64,000 nucleotides of DNA from an uncultured bacterium. GTDB taxonomy: Bacteria; CSSED10-310. The translations under genes were made by a program, and so were the position numbers. Shown here piece after piece: positions 1-9,268 of this stretch (its first letter is position 1; the number at the start of each line of letters is the position of its first letter). The stretch covers positions 112,314 through 176,313 of the forward strand of contig CAZELM010000002.1 of NCBI GenBank assembly GCA_964512995.1, given 5' to 3'. The notes below the pieces were generated by a model. The model saw nothing but the letters and a program-made list of their open reading frames with translations. It was not told the DNA's origin and did no database searches.

Positions 1-1107
1 ATCTGGATTGATGAGGAGAAAGTAGCTGAGATGCCGGATGATCAGGAGTCGATAAAATTCCATCGGCATTTATTACCCGGCCTCCACCATTTCACGCTTT
101 CTTCTCCCGCCATTCAAAATGGCGACCAGATATCGTTGATCTGGGAAACACCTCCAGATCCCAAAAAACGATACTCCACAGAACCCAGAGAACGATCCGT
201 GATACCGGCTCAACATCTCATTGTTCCGCCGATTCCGGAGTTAGCTCTTCCATCGAATACTCAAAAGCCAGCGGGATTCCAATATCAATTCGTCACAAAA
301 ACAAGCTATCGTAACGAGGCGATGAACCGTTTTTATGATCCCTCCATCGTGAAATGTCTACCCGATGGACGGATCATTGCCGCGAACTGGCACAATCGTG
401 TCATCATGGTATTGAGTGAACAAGGGGAACTGCAAACTATATGGGATCCCAATGTATTATCCGATCACCAATTTGATCTGCGCTATCGAATCGATATCAG
501 TGATGACCAGATGATTTATCTGATTGGGAGCCGTAACCAGGGGATGCTTGTATTCGATACTGATGGTAATTTGAAACGGAAAGTACCATTACCCTTGTCT
601 GTTCGGGATATCGCGTGCGCTCCTGAGGGTGACTGTTATCTGCTTGCTCCCAGCACGATATATCGGATTTCGGGACTCGACGGGCAGATCAAATTCTCCG
701 TTGATGTTCGAGGTCAAAATGAGGATGAGTTCTGGGAACCGGAAGCAATCACATCCGACAAAAATGGAAACATCTATCTATTTGATCCTCCCAATCGCAG
801 GCTTTTCATTTACGACAGTACCGGGAAATTCAATCGCTCCTTCCCCTTTCCATGCCCCATTGAAGATACGCTGGGATTAACGATCGATGGGAGAGGCAAC
901 ATTTATATACCGAATGTTATCCAGAATCGAGTATTTGTATTCAATCCAGAAGGCTGCTTGTTGACCGGAGATGAGCAGCACGAGTTTGATCCACTGGATT
1001 CACTCAAGGTTCCCCGTCCCCGCTATATTACATTTTCACCGGACTTGACAAAAATGTATATCGGCAACAGTGAATCCGGCATCTATATGTTTGAAAAAAT
1101 CTGGTGA
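1..1107 (+). CDS. NHL-repeat beta-propeller protein. The frame is open to the window edge, so the gene may start upstream; the first ATG is at 31.
   Basis: Repeated NHL-like blades (e.g. NIYLFDPPNRRLFIYDSTGKF, GNIYIPNVIQNRVFVFNPEG). There is no stop between position 1 and the ATG at 31. The gene is convergent with the membrane-GT operon. Confidence 0.6.
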   Translation: MWIDEEKVAEMPDDQESIKFHRHLLPGLHHFTLSSPAIQNGDQISLIWETPPDPKKRYSTEPRERSVIPAQHLIVPPIPELALPSNTQKPAGFQYQFVTKTSYRNEAMNRFYDPSIVKCLPDGRIIAANWHNRVIMVLSEQGELQTIWDPNVLSDHQFDLRYRIDISDDQMIYLIGSRNQGMLVFDTDGNLKRKVPLPLSVRDIACAPEGDCYLLAPSTIYRISGLDGQIKFSVDVRGQNEDEFWEPEAITSDKNGNIYLFDPPNRRLFIYDSTGKFNRSFPFPCPIEDTLGLTIDGRGNIYIPNVIQNRVFVFNPEGCLLTGDEQHEFDPLDSLKVPRPRYITFSPDLTKMYIGNSESGIYMFEKIW

Positions 1108-1132
1108 AACACCATAAGAACGATTCCATTCA

Positions 1133-3250
1133 TTATTGAGGCAACGGAATTTTGTATGATTGAAACAGCTCCACACCGGAATCATGATTCAGAAATTGCT
1201 CATCATATTTATATAATTCATGTTTCCCATCAGGAAAAATACTTCGCAAACTCTCCAATATCTGATTCCCGTTCTCATCGATTGGCAGCAGAAACAGTGT
1301 GCCAGATGAACCGGATCGCAAGGACGCACCACCACTGGCTGCATTCATCGGGGAATCCGATCCCGGGACACCATCTCGCAATACCGGCAGTTCATCCATC
1401 TTCTGGAAAAACTGAATTGGCAGATCCCTTTCCCCGGGCTGACGATATTGCCCGCAGACAATCCAGATTTTCTGTATCCGTGTATGCGGTTCAAAAAACA
1501 TGTAGGTGTAGTAAGACTGGATATTGTCACGAACGATTTCTGCAAGCCTTCTTTCGGGACCATTCCGGAGAACTTCAGACGCAATTGCATGGTATCGAAA
1601 CGTCGCAAAAGCAGTGGATGACGCGAGCAACATCAACAGAATTCCTGCGATCTGCAACGCATGCCGGTTTACTTTTGCGGGAATTGCTTTAAAATAGGAT
1701 GCACAAACCATAATGAAACTGGCTGCAATAATATAAATCGCCGGATTGGCGCACAGAATTCGACGTGGAGCAACCACTGCGGATGGAATGGTAGGTATTA
1801 TACCGCCGATGAACCATATCATGAGCAGAACGCATCGATAATCCCTGAATCGAGGCAGACACCAACTGATACCACCCAGGAGCGCGACACTCACAGGCCA
1901 CATCAGATATGCACCTTTTTTGGAGAACCACGCACACCCTTCGCCCTCCAGAAACAACCCTCTCAGGGTCAATGATGCATTCCTCAGGATTCGATCCCAT
2001 GCCTGAACCTGGTAATCCGGATGCTCCTCAATCTGGGTATTCAAAAGCTTCACCTTCTCCTTGAATCCAAAAATTCCGATTTTGGGAGAAATGATCAGTG
2101 TCAATAAAACTAAAAATATCACTCCACCGATGAAAACAGGGAACGATTTACGCTTTTGTGTTAACAGTGTATATAGCCAGAAGACAATCAGAATGAAGAC
2201 AATGAATTGTGCGATCACATAAAGAAAAAAGTCCACTGACAGAACGATGAGCGACAAAATGGTCCATGAAATCCGCTGTTCCCGAAGAGCCCGAACGACA
2301 CAATAAACCGATAACGTGACAAAAAGGATGGCAATGGCATGTTCAGTGCTGCTGTATCGGGAGTGCATGATATGCCATGGTGAAATGGCCATCAGAAACG
2401 ACGCCATAAAGCCAGTGTATGTGTTGAATAAATATTCCGCGAGAAGAAACAGAATCAGCACCGTCAATACACCTGTTATCGATGTCACTCCCCGTTGCAA
2501 TAGAAGGCTTGGCCACCAGATGCTGAATATGACCCAGTCAATCAGAATATTAGTACCTTGTTGGTGTGGCCCGAGCAGATAGTTTTTAACATGGCTCCAT
2601 GTCTGACTGAAGGCTATCGGATTCCGGATATCCCAGGAATAATCACGAGCCATCATCGCTGCTTCCATTCCCCATTCTGCGGTATGCTGCGCCTGACCTG
2701 CCGGAATCGTATCCAGTTTATACGCTCGAAAAATAAACGCGATGAGAAGCACTGCTGCCAGGAGCAACCGGCGGTTGATTTTTCCAATTGATTTGGATGA
2801 ATCCTGGCATCGTTTGTCGGGATTCAGTATGGAGGAAATGAACAGGCAGACAGAAGCGATACCTAGAACAACCGGAATGACTGAAAGCGGCTTCCATATA
2901 TACAGACATTGAGCCAGTATGCTCAGAAAAACCCCACTCCAGAGAAACATTCTCCCTGGTTTTCGATCCGCGGAAAATCGATTTTGAAATATAATCAGTA
3001 TCAGAAACAAAAGGCTGAAACTGATTATCTGGATGAAAGGGGATGCGTCGGTGAGTTGATAGATTGCCTCTCCCATTCTTATCAAGGGTTCTATAATTAC
3101 AGCCAACGACCCGAAAACCGGCTGCCTTGGGAATGGCACATTAGCCAGATAAGAGAGGTATTGGATGCAGGCAATGAAGCATAAACACCCGAGAATAATC
3201 TTTCCCGCCAATGGTCTTAGAATGTCTTTCATACACAGATTGAACATCAC
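1133..3250 (-). CDS. Polytopic membrane protein, ArnT/PMT-like (GT-C fold) glycosyltransferase-like, with a ~200-aa C-terminal soluble domain. The start codon is uncertain.
   Basis: More than 10 predicted TM helices. A first-loop motif, FRAYKLDTIPAGQAQHTAEWGMEAAMMA, resembles the (D/E)E..Y..A loop of GT39/GT83 enzymes. It is the last gene of the minus-strand operon. Confidence 0.45.
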   Translation of the reverse strand: MMFNLCMKDILRPLAGKIILGCLCFIACIQYLSYLANVPFPRQPVFGSLAVIIEPLIRMGEAIYQLTDASPFIQIISFSLLFLILIIFQNRFSADRKPGRMFLWSGVFLSILAQCLYIWKPLSVIPVVLGIASVCLFISSILNPDKRCQDSSKSIGKINRRLLLAAVLLIAFIFRAYKLDTIPAGQAQHTAEWGMEAAMMARDYSWDIRNPIAFSQTWSHVKNYLLGPHQQGTNILIDWVIFSIWWPSLLLQRGVTSITGVLTVLILFLLAEYLFNTYTGFMASFLMAISPWHIMHSRYSSTEHAIAILFVTLSVYCVVRALREQRISWTILSLIVLSVDFFLYVIAQFIVFILIVFWLYTLLTQKRKSFPVFIGGVIFLVLLTLIISPKIGIFGFKEKVKLLNTQIEEHPDYQVQAWDRILRNASLTLRGLFLEGEGCAWFSKKGAYLMWPVSVALLGGISWCLPRFRDYRCVLLMIWFIGGIIPTIPSAVVAPRRILCANPAIYIIAASFIMVCASYFKAIPAKVNRHALQIAGILLMLLASSTAFATFRYHAIASEVLRNGPERRLAEIVRDNIQSYYTYMFFEPHTRIQKIWIVCGQYRQPGERDLPIQFFQKMDELPVLRDGVPGSDSPMNAASGGASLRSGSSGTLFLLPIDENGNQILESLRSIFPDGKHELYKYDEQFLNHDSGVELFQSYKIPLPQ

Positions 3251-3376
3251 TTCCTCGACACAATTTAAAACGATTATACGCCATCATCGTTCCATAACGT
3301 AAAATGTTTCTTTTTTTTATCGAAAAATATTTCCAATTGTATGGAAACGTAACGACGTCACTCCCAAATGAACAGA

Positions 3377-6300
3377 TTAAAAATCTGATTTGATCTTGAA
3401 GACACGATAGTGATGTGCGTCAATCACCAGGATATCGCCTGCTTTGTCCAGTGCCAGTCCCATAGGCAGAATGAATGGTTGACTGTCATCCGTTGCTGAT
3501 CGAAATGTCTTGATCAGATTCCCATCCGGATCATAGACAGCAACAAAACGTTTCGTTGGATCAGAGATCCAGATCCGGCCGGACTTATCAGCGACAACGT
3601 ATGGCTCAACAAAAACATCTCCTTCCCACCCATTGAATTTCCATTCTTTGATAAAGTTGCCGTTTGTGTCCAGTATCTGAACTCTGAAATTATGGGTATC
3701 CAGAATGATCAATTGATCATTGAAGACACAAATACCAATGGGAGTGTCAAACTCGCCGGGGCCTTTTCCCAATTTTCCGAAAATGGCGACTTCCTTCCCA
3801 TCATTCGTGTATTTGATGATCCGACCGTTGCCAGTATCTGCAAGGTAAACATATCCTTTGCCATCTGTCGCAATGCCTCTGGGATAGAAGTAGTTCCCCT
3901 GATCCGTTACCCATGTTTTAACAAACTCTCCGGTATGCGTAAATTTCTGGATTCGATTGTTGAATGTATCGGCAACATACACGCCATCGGCATCTACCGC
4001 AACGTCGCACAGGTCGTTGAACTGCCCGGGTTCACTCCCAGTCGTTCCCCAAGCCAAGATCCAGTTTCCATCCGGATCGAATTTCTGTATCCGATGGTTC
4101 CTGAAATCAGCGACATAAATGGTACCATCCGCATCCGTTGTCATCGATCGTGGTTCATCGAACATACCCCGGGACTCTCCCTGACCGCCCTGGAAAACGG
4201 TTCGGGGTGGCATATTTCGAATGGCTGCTGTTCGGGCTTCCTCTGCTTTCTCTGCCTCCTCCTTGCGGCGGACTGCTTCCTGTTCCAATCGTTCCTGGAG
4301 TTTGGCGAGGGCATCACTGTCTGCAGCGACCTTGGCAAAATCGACATTCAACCCATAATCATTGACCTTGTAGATGGTCACATCAGGATTAGCGTATGCT
4401 GGAGTCATATAATCCGTGAGTTCCGCGAACTTGCTGATACCGGCGTCGGAATACTCCGCTTTTTCTGTTTTGCCGACGTAAATATAATCAACCTGATATA
4501 ACCGGAGCAACTCCAATACTTCCGGGACATCCAGGCTTTCGTACATCGTCACGATATCCTGTTTCATCTTTCCGGTATTCCGCTGATATTCCCGCTGATC
4601 GACATGGCTCCACCATCCCAAAACACAGGGTAATCCCGTGTTGGCGGAGATCTTGGCGTATTTATAGAGATAATCCGCTCCAGATGCTTCCAGCAGCGTA
4701 GCATATCCTTTTACATTTTTATTCAGCCAGTCGACAGCGCGATATTCATTTTTCCATTCACCCTGCTTCATATATGCCCAACCGTCCAACGTGAGCGGCA
4801 GTTCCACTCGATTATACTCATCATGGTGTCTTCTGGCTCTGGGACCTTCAACGGTGAAAATCAAACTGCATCCGAGCAATACAATAAATATTGCATTCCA
4901 GACCCACCGGCTGAGCCGGCTCATTCTCTTGATAAATCTCGTTGGATGATCCGGAATACTGATCAATGATCGGTTGGCAAGAAAATAGGCAGATACAATG
5001 CCAAACAGGAACCACGCCTGGAGATAAAACTTGAAAATCGTGTTGAATCGGCGATGATCCCCTCCCTGATAAAAATCCTTGATGAAGAAAATCTCGCATC
5101 CTGCCGTGATCGCAAACGCCATCAAGGCCAGCAGCAGGACGAATACCTGATTGAGTGTCGGCTTTCCGGATAACAGAATATAAATGATCATTACACCAAC
5201 ACAAACACTCCAAAGGAATACGGCATAATCGATCTGGAGCGGGGGGATAAATCTGAAAATGGAATATACTCCAAGAAGACCGAAAAAGATCGCACCTCCA
5301 TAGACATAGATTCTGGTAATGGATCGCCCCTTCTGACGATTGACATGATACCACCACCGGATTACCTGAGTGGTAATAATAAACAAAAACAATCCGAACA
5401 TGGTGATAAATCCGTCCAGATTCGTTGTTTGCCGATGTTTCCAAAGAGTTCCGACACCCATACCCTTGCGAGAAAAATGCATCAGATATGGCAGATACAG
5501 CACGATCGCACCCACGACCAGAACAATACATGGAACAAGAAGCGTCCACAGGAATTGGACATTCTCTATCGACTCCGTCACGGCAAATCTGCTGAACGCA
5601 ATCATTCTTTCTTTGAACGATTTTCGAGGAATTGGAGGTATTGCTGATAGATCGGTAACGGGTGATATTTCTGTCGGCTCCAGACCGGCGACTTCCGGGT
5701 CCTTTCCGCCACATAACTCACGATCCTCATCCGACACCGATTCAGATGCTGCGTCCGTCAATGAATCCTGTGCATTTTCAGTATCAGAACCCGATTCTAG
5801 CTCCTCTTTGTTCAAAATCGATGATTCGGGATCCTCAATCGTCAATGATTCCTCTTCGATCTCCATTTTCTGGGAAACAATCGTATTATCAGAAGAAGCT
5901 GAGGCGAATTCTGCTTGCTTCGCATCTGACACAACGAGATGATCCGTCGGTTCCTCTTCCTTCGTCTGAATAAGATCCGATGAGTCGTCTGAGGACAATG
6001 TAACCTGAGGGATTATCCGTGTCTTCTGATTTTGGATATGTGCGATCGTTTCGACAGGTTCAGAATGGCTGATGGAGCCATAGTCCTTCTCCTGGAGATC
6101 ATCAGCTAGGATTTCTCCGGGAGTTGGTTGCTCCGATGCCGAATTTTCTGAAATATCATCCAGTTCCGGTTGTTCTGCCAGAGCATCCGTTTTGATGTCT
6201 GACGCCCTCGCCGATTCGGGAGATGTTTCTTGGGGAGCGGATTCATGCGGAATCTGCTGGGAAGCAGGTTTTGGGGGTTCGGCTGAAACGATGCGTTTAT

Positions 6301-9268
6301 CCCTGTGCTGGCGTGGTTCAAAAGCTGTAAACCACAGAGAAATCAGCAAAATGATTCCGATGTGAGTCGGGAAATCCCAACTGTTTGTCGGAATCAGAGA
6401 ACCAATCGAGACCAGCATCAGGAAAATGGTTGCATACCGTGTAAATCCAGTTCCGAACAGCGCTATTCCATTTTTCTTGTTTCTGAACAAAACCAGATGC
6501 AACGCAATGATAAACGATGAAATCATCGTAGCGATCGTATGCGCATGAAGATCCATGAAATTATAGGACCAAAACGGAAACTCATGGACAGTCGGATTGA
6601 TGAGTTCATGTGCTGACCTGAAAAAGCGGAAATGATTGGCCTGGCGTCCGAGATTGAGAAAAAGTCCGACAAAACTCTGGAACAGATTGGCCCAGTCTGC
6701 CAGTGCGGTATTTCGTGCAGCAGATGCCCAGATTCGAGCGTACTGAGCGATTCCATCCAGATTCCCGATAAGAATGGTTATCAGCACACTCATCATACCT
6801 GCCCAGATTCGCCGTGTCAGTGCGATGACGATCGAACAGACAGCCAGAGCGACCATGGTTGGTATGGTGATAAAGAAAAGATTATAGCCATAATCCGCGG
6901 TGACTCCAGCAAACTTCGTAATAAAAGCAGCCAGATAATGACCATAATAATAATAATTGATGCCTTCTCCCTGAATCCATGGATCGGCCGGGGGAAAATA
7001 ATCGGCACGGAGAACTGAATTGAGGAATCCAAAATCCATGGAGCTTTCACTCCAGTAAATATCCGGATTATAGGCTTTAAGAAGGGCGAAAATCGTAAAG
7101 ATACAGAAGAATAAAAGTTCATATCCAAGAATTGACCACCAGCGTTCTCTGAAAAACTGCTGAATCGCCTGTTTGCGTGATTGATAAATCATGTAATTGA
7201 TGAAAGCCAATGTCACTAGAACCAGGACGATCAGTGAATTACTGAATGGGAGTAGTTTCAGACTTGGAATCAACCACGCGAAATAACCAGCAATCATCAG
7301 ACCCGTGATTTTGGTCAACGGATAACCGCGGTGTTCAAACTGATGGAAAATCAGAAAAACGAATGGAAAAACAATTAATCCGAGGAGTTCGATGGTTAAG
7401 ATCCATCGCAGAACAGGCATATCGACCGAGCTTCCGACCTCGGAAACCGGGATAGCAGTCAGAATCTCCTCATATGTCAGATTACTGACATCTTTTGGAG
7501 GAGATACGAGATATGGAAGCAATTGTTCGCTGGATAAGTAGGTTTCTTTGACAAAAACATCGACTTTGGCGTGTTCATATACTCCAAAACTTTCATCAGC
7601 CAAGTCATCCCTGAATTTCATAGGTCCCAGGTGAGGTGGATTCGTGAATGATTTTACATAGCGATACCCGAGTCGCTCCGCAAACAACGCCCGATAAAAA
7701 TTGCTGCTGATCGGATACCGATCCGGGACTCGCAGTACGGAGCCATAATGCCGTTTGGATGCGAGGATAACGACATCACCCCATTCCAGGATTTGGGTCA
7801 TATTGCCGGCTTTTCGTGCATTGTCCGGCTCCTGATAGATCTCCAGTTTATCAAAATGGTAATCATCCGGCCGATTATTACCATTCGTTGAAACCGGCAA
7901 TGAATCATCCCAATTGCTTTCCAAAACGATATTGGAGCCTTTGGGGATATTCTCATATACCCAATCAGATGCTACGTGACGCGTATTGGGTTCCGTATAG
8001 ATGGCTGAAAACGCAATACTCCAGAATAATGCACCTCCTATGACAACAACATTCACAAGTCTGGCCCGGAAACGGCCGATGGTATGATGGAGGTCATGAA
8101 GCCAGCGAGCTGCTAGAATGGCGAAAACGGGAAACATGGGGAGCGTATACCGCAAAAATTTCACCTGGAAAGTGCTATTCAGGATGAAGAGCGGTATCAA
8201 CCATGCCAGCAGGATAAGATTCCCCGTGTCGGATCGCTTCCTGAAAACCCGGATAATACCCAAAGCAAAACCGATGTAAGCTGCGAGTCCGAGGGGCAGA
8301 CCCATCGACCAGAAAATCATGTTCCGGATGAGATACAAATAGGGTGTTGTATGGGCATACTGGATGGTGTAGGGAAGCGTGACAGCTCCCGTCACCATTC
8401 GCTTTTGTTCATTTACATCACTGTAGAATTTATCGAAGTCCAGGATCCAATAGGGCATACATGCCGTCATCACCACAACAGACAGCAATCCTGCTGCAAC
8501 CCAATGTGCCCAGGAGTTCCATCCTTTTCGCTTCCCATTGGCAACAGCGAGCACCTGAGCGAGAAAAAAGGCCAGATATATCGGACTGCTGCTGACCTTT
8601 GTCGCCATGGCCATACCGATGAACAAAGCAGAATAGTAGTAATCACGATTACGGTCACTCTGCACAATACGAACGATGAAGAGCAGTGCACACGTTATCA
8701 GAAATGTCTGAGGACCATCAACCACATAAAAATGGGATTGCTGGATCGATAGTACGGTGAAGGCAAACAAGGCTGCTGCGATCAATCCGATTTTACGATT
8801 GTATATCGTTTGAGCCAGATAGAAAATGACCAGGATCGTACATGCAGATAAAAATGCAGATACCGCTCGGCCTGTCAGAACCATGCTCTCGAAATTATTC
8901 ATTCTCGGGAAGGCTTCACGGATGGCGGATTTGACTTCCGGAGAAAAATCAATGGAAGTAAGCGCTCCAGAGATGCCTTTATTGATGATATCCAGTGAAA
9001 ACAGAATGCCTTTCAGAAAATACATCGGTAAGGAACCATACGCAAAGAATTTGGGATTGGGTTCCTGCCAACTCAAATCCGTCACTTGATACATGATCTG
9101 GCGTTCATCGGGATGGAAATAACTCGGGATTCCCCATTGGATGCCAAATAAACGAAACCCAAGGCCGGCGATGAAAATAACAGCGAGCAGCCAATTGCGT
9201 CCTTGCCGGTACTGTGTTTTGGTTTCTCCTCCCAGTGATTCCATACTACCAGCCTCCATCCTTATCAT
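3377..9268 (-). CDS. Giant (1963 aa) multidomain envelope protein. Domain order: N-terminal ArnT/PMT-like GT-C domain, a split Chlor_Arch_YYY (DUF2298) domain, a ~230-aa acidic disordered insert, a coiled coil, and a C-terminal six-bladed NHL propeller.
   Basis: A FHPDERQ first-loop motif follows TM1. The DYFPPADPWIQGEGINYYYYGHY motif matches KYFPPKDPWYVGETINYFYYGHY in the neighbouring 796-aa protein. KDFYQGGDHRRFNTIFKFYLQAW is paralogous to KDAYGKSLERQNTIFKFYYQAW. The C-terminus carries NHL blades (NHRIQKFDPDGNWILAWGTTGSEPGQF...). Its start overlaps the upstream stop by 4 nt (ATGA). Confidence 0.7.
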   Translation of the reverse strand: MIRMEAGSMESLGGETKTQYRQGRNWLLAVIFIAGLGFRLFGIQWGIPSYFHPDERQIMYQVTDLSWQEPNPKFFAYGSLPMYFLKGILFSLDIINKGISGALTSIDFSPEVKSAIREAFPRMNNFESMVLTGRAVSAFLSACTILVIFYLAQTIYNRKIGLIAAALFAFTVLSIQQSHFYVVDGPQTFLITCALLFIVRIVQSDRNRDYYYSALFIGMAMATKVSSSPIYLAFFLAQVLAVANGKRKGWNSWAHWVAAGLLSVVVMTACMPYWILDFDKFYSDVNEQKRMVTGAVTLPYTIQYAHTTPYLYLIRNMIFWSMGLPLGLAAYIGFALGIIRVFRKRSDTGNLILLAWLIPLFILNSTFQVKFLRYTLPMFPVFAILAARWLHDLHHTIGRFRARLVNVVVIGGALFWSIAFSAIYTEPNTRHVASDWVYENIPKGSNIVLESNWDDSLPVSTNGNNRPDDYHFDKLEIYQEPDNARKAGNMTQILEWGDVVILASKRHYGSVLRVPDRYPISSNFYRALFAERLGYRYVKSFTNPPHLGPMKFRDDLADESFGVYEHAKVDVFVKETYLSSEQLLPYLVSPPKDVSNLTYEEILTAIPVSEVGSSVDMPVLRWILTIELLGLIVFPFVFLIFHQFEHRGYPLTKITGLMIAGYFAWLIPSLKLLPFSNSLIVLVLVTLAFINYMIYQSRKQAIQQFFRERWWSILGYELLFFCIFTIFALLKAYNPDIYWSESSMDFGFLNSVLRADYFPPADPWIQGEGINYYYYGHYLAAFITKFAGVTADYGYNLFFITIPTMVALAVCSIVIALTRRIWAGMMSVLITILIGNLDGIAQYARIWASAARNTALADWANLFQSFVGLFLNLGRQANHFRFFRSAHELINPTVHEFPFWSYNFMDLHAHTIATMISSFIIALHLVLFRNKKNGIALFGTGFTRYATIFLMLVSIGSLIPTNSWDFPTHIGIILLISLWFTAFEPRQHRDKRIVSAEPPKPASQQIPHESAPQETSPESARASDIKTDALAEQPELDDISENSASEQPTPGEILADDLQEKDYGSISHSEPVETIAHIQNQKTRIIPQVTLSSDDSSDLIQTKEEEPTDHLVVSDAKQAEFASASSDNTIVSQKMEIEEESLTIEDPESSILNKEELESGSDTENAQDSLTDAASESVSDEDRELCGGKDPEVAGLEPTEISPVTDLSAIPPIPRKSFKERMIAFSRFAVTESIENVQFLWTLLVPCIVLVVGAIVLYLPYLMHFSRKGMGVGTLWKHRQTTNLDGFITMFGLFLFIITTQVIRWWYHVNRQKGRSITRIYVYGGAIFFGLLGVYSIFRFIPPLQIDYAVFLWSVCVGVMIIYILLSGKPTLNQVFVLLLALMAFAITAGCEIFFIKDFYQGGDHRRFNTIFKFYLQAWFLFGIVSAYFLANRSLISIPDHPTRFIKRMSRLSRWVWNAIFIVLLGCSLIFTVEGPRARRHHDEYNRVELPLTLDGWAYMKQGEWKNEYRAVDWLNKNVKGYATLLEASGADYLYKYAKISANTGLPCVLGWWSHVDQREYQRNTGKMKQDIVTMYESLDVPEVLELLRLYQVDYIYVGKTEKAEYSDAGISKFAELTDYMTPAYANPDVTIYKVNDYGLNVDFAKVAADSDALAKLQERLEQEAVRRKEEAEKAEEARTAAIRNMPPRTVFQGGQGESRGMFDEPRSMTTDADGTIYVADFRNHRIQKFDPDGNWILAWGTTGSEPGQFNDLCDVAVDADGVYVADTFNNRIQKFTHTGEFVKTWVTDQGNYFYPRGIATDGKGYVYLADTGNGRIIKYTNDGKEVAIFGKLGKGPGEFDTPIGICVFNDQLIILDTHNFRVQILDTNGNFIKEWKFNGWEGDVFVEPYVVADKSGRIWISDPTKRFVAVYDPDGNLIKTFRSATDDSQPFILPMGLALDKAGDILVIDAHHYRVFKIKSDF

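Noticed and set aside
3692-5942. Several 100-290-aa ORFs (e.g. 3692-4501 +, 4848-5714 -, 5370-5942 +) inside the 1963-aa gene
   Set aside because: They are antisense or overlapping frames within a long gene that has strong paralog-supported conservation, with no independent signals.
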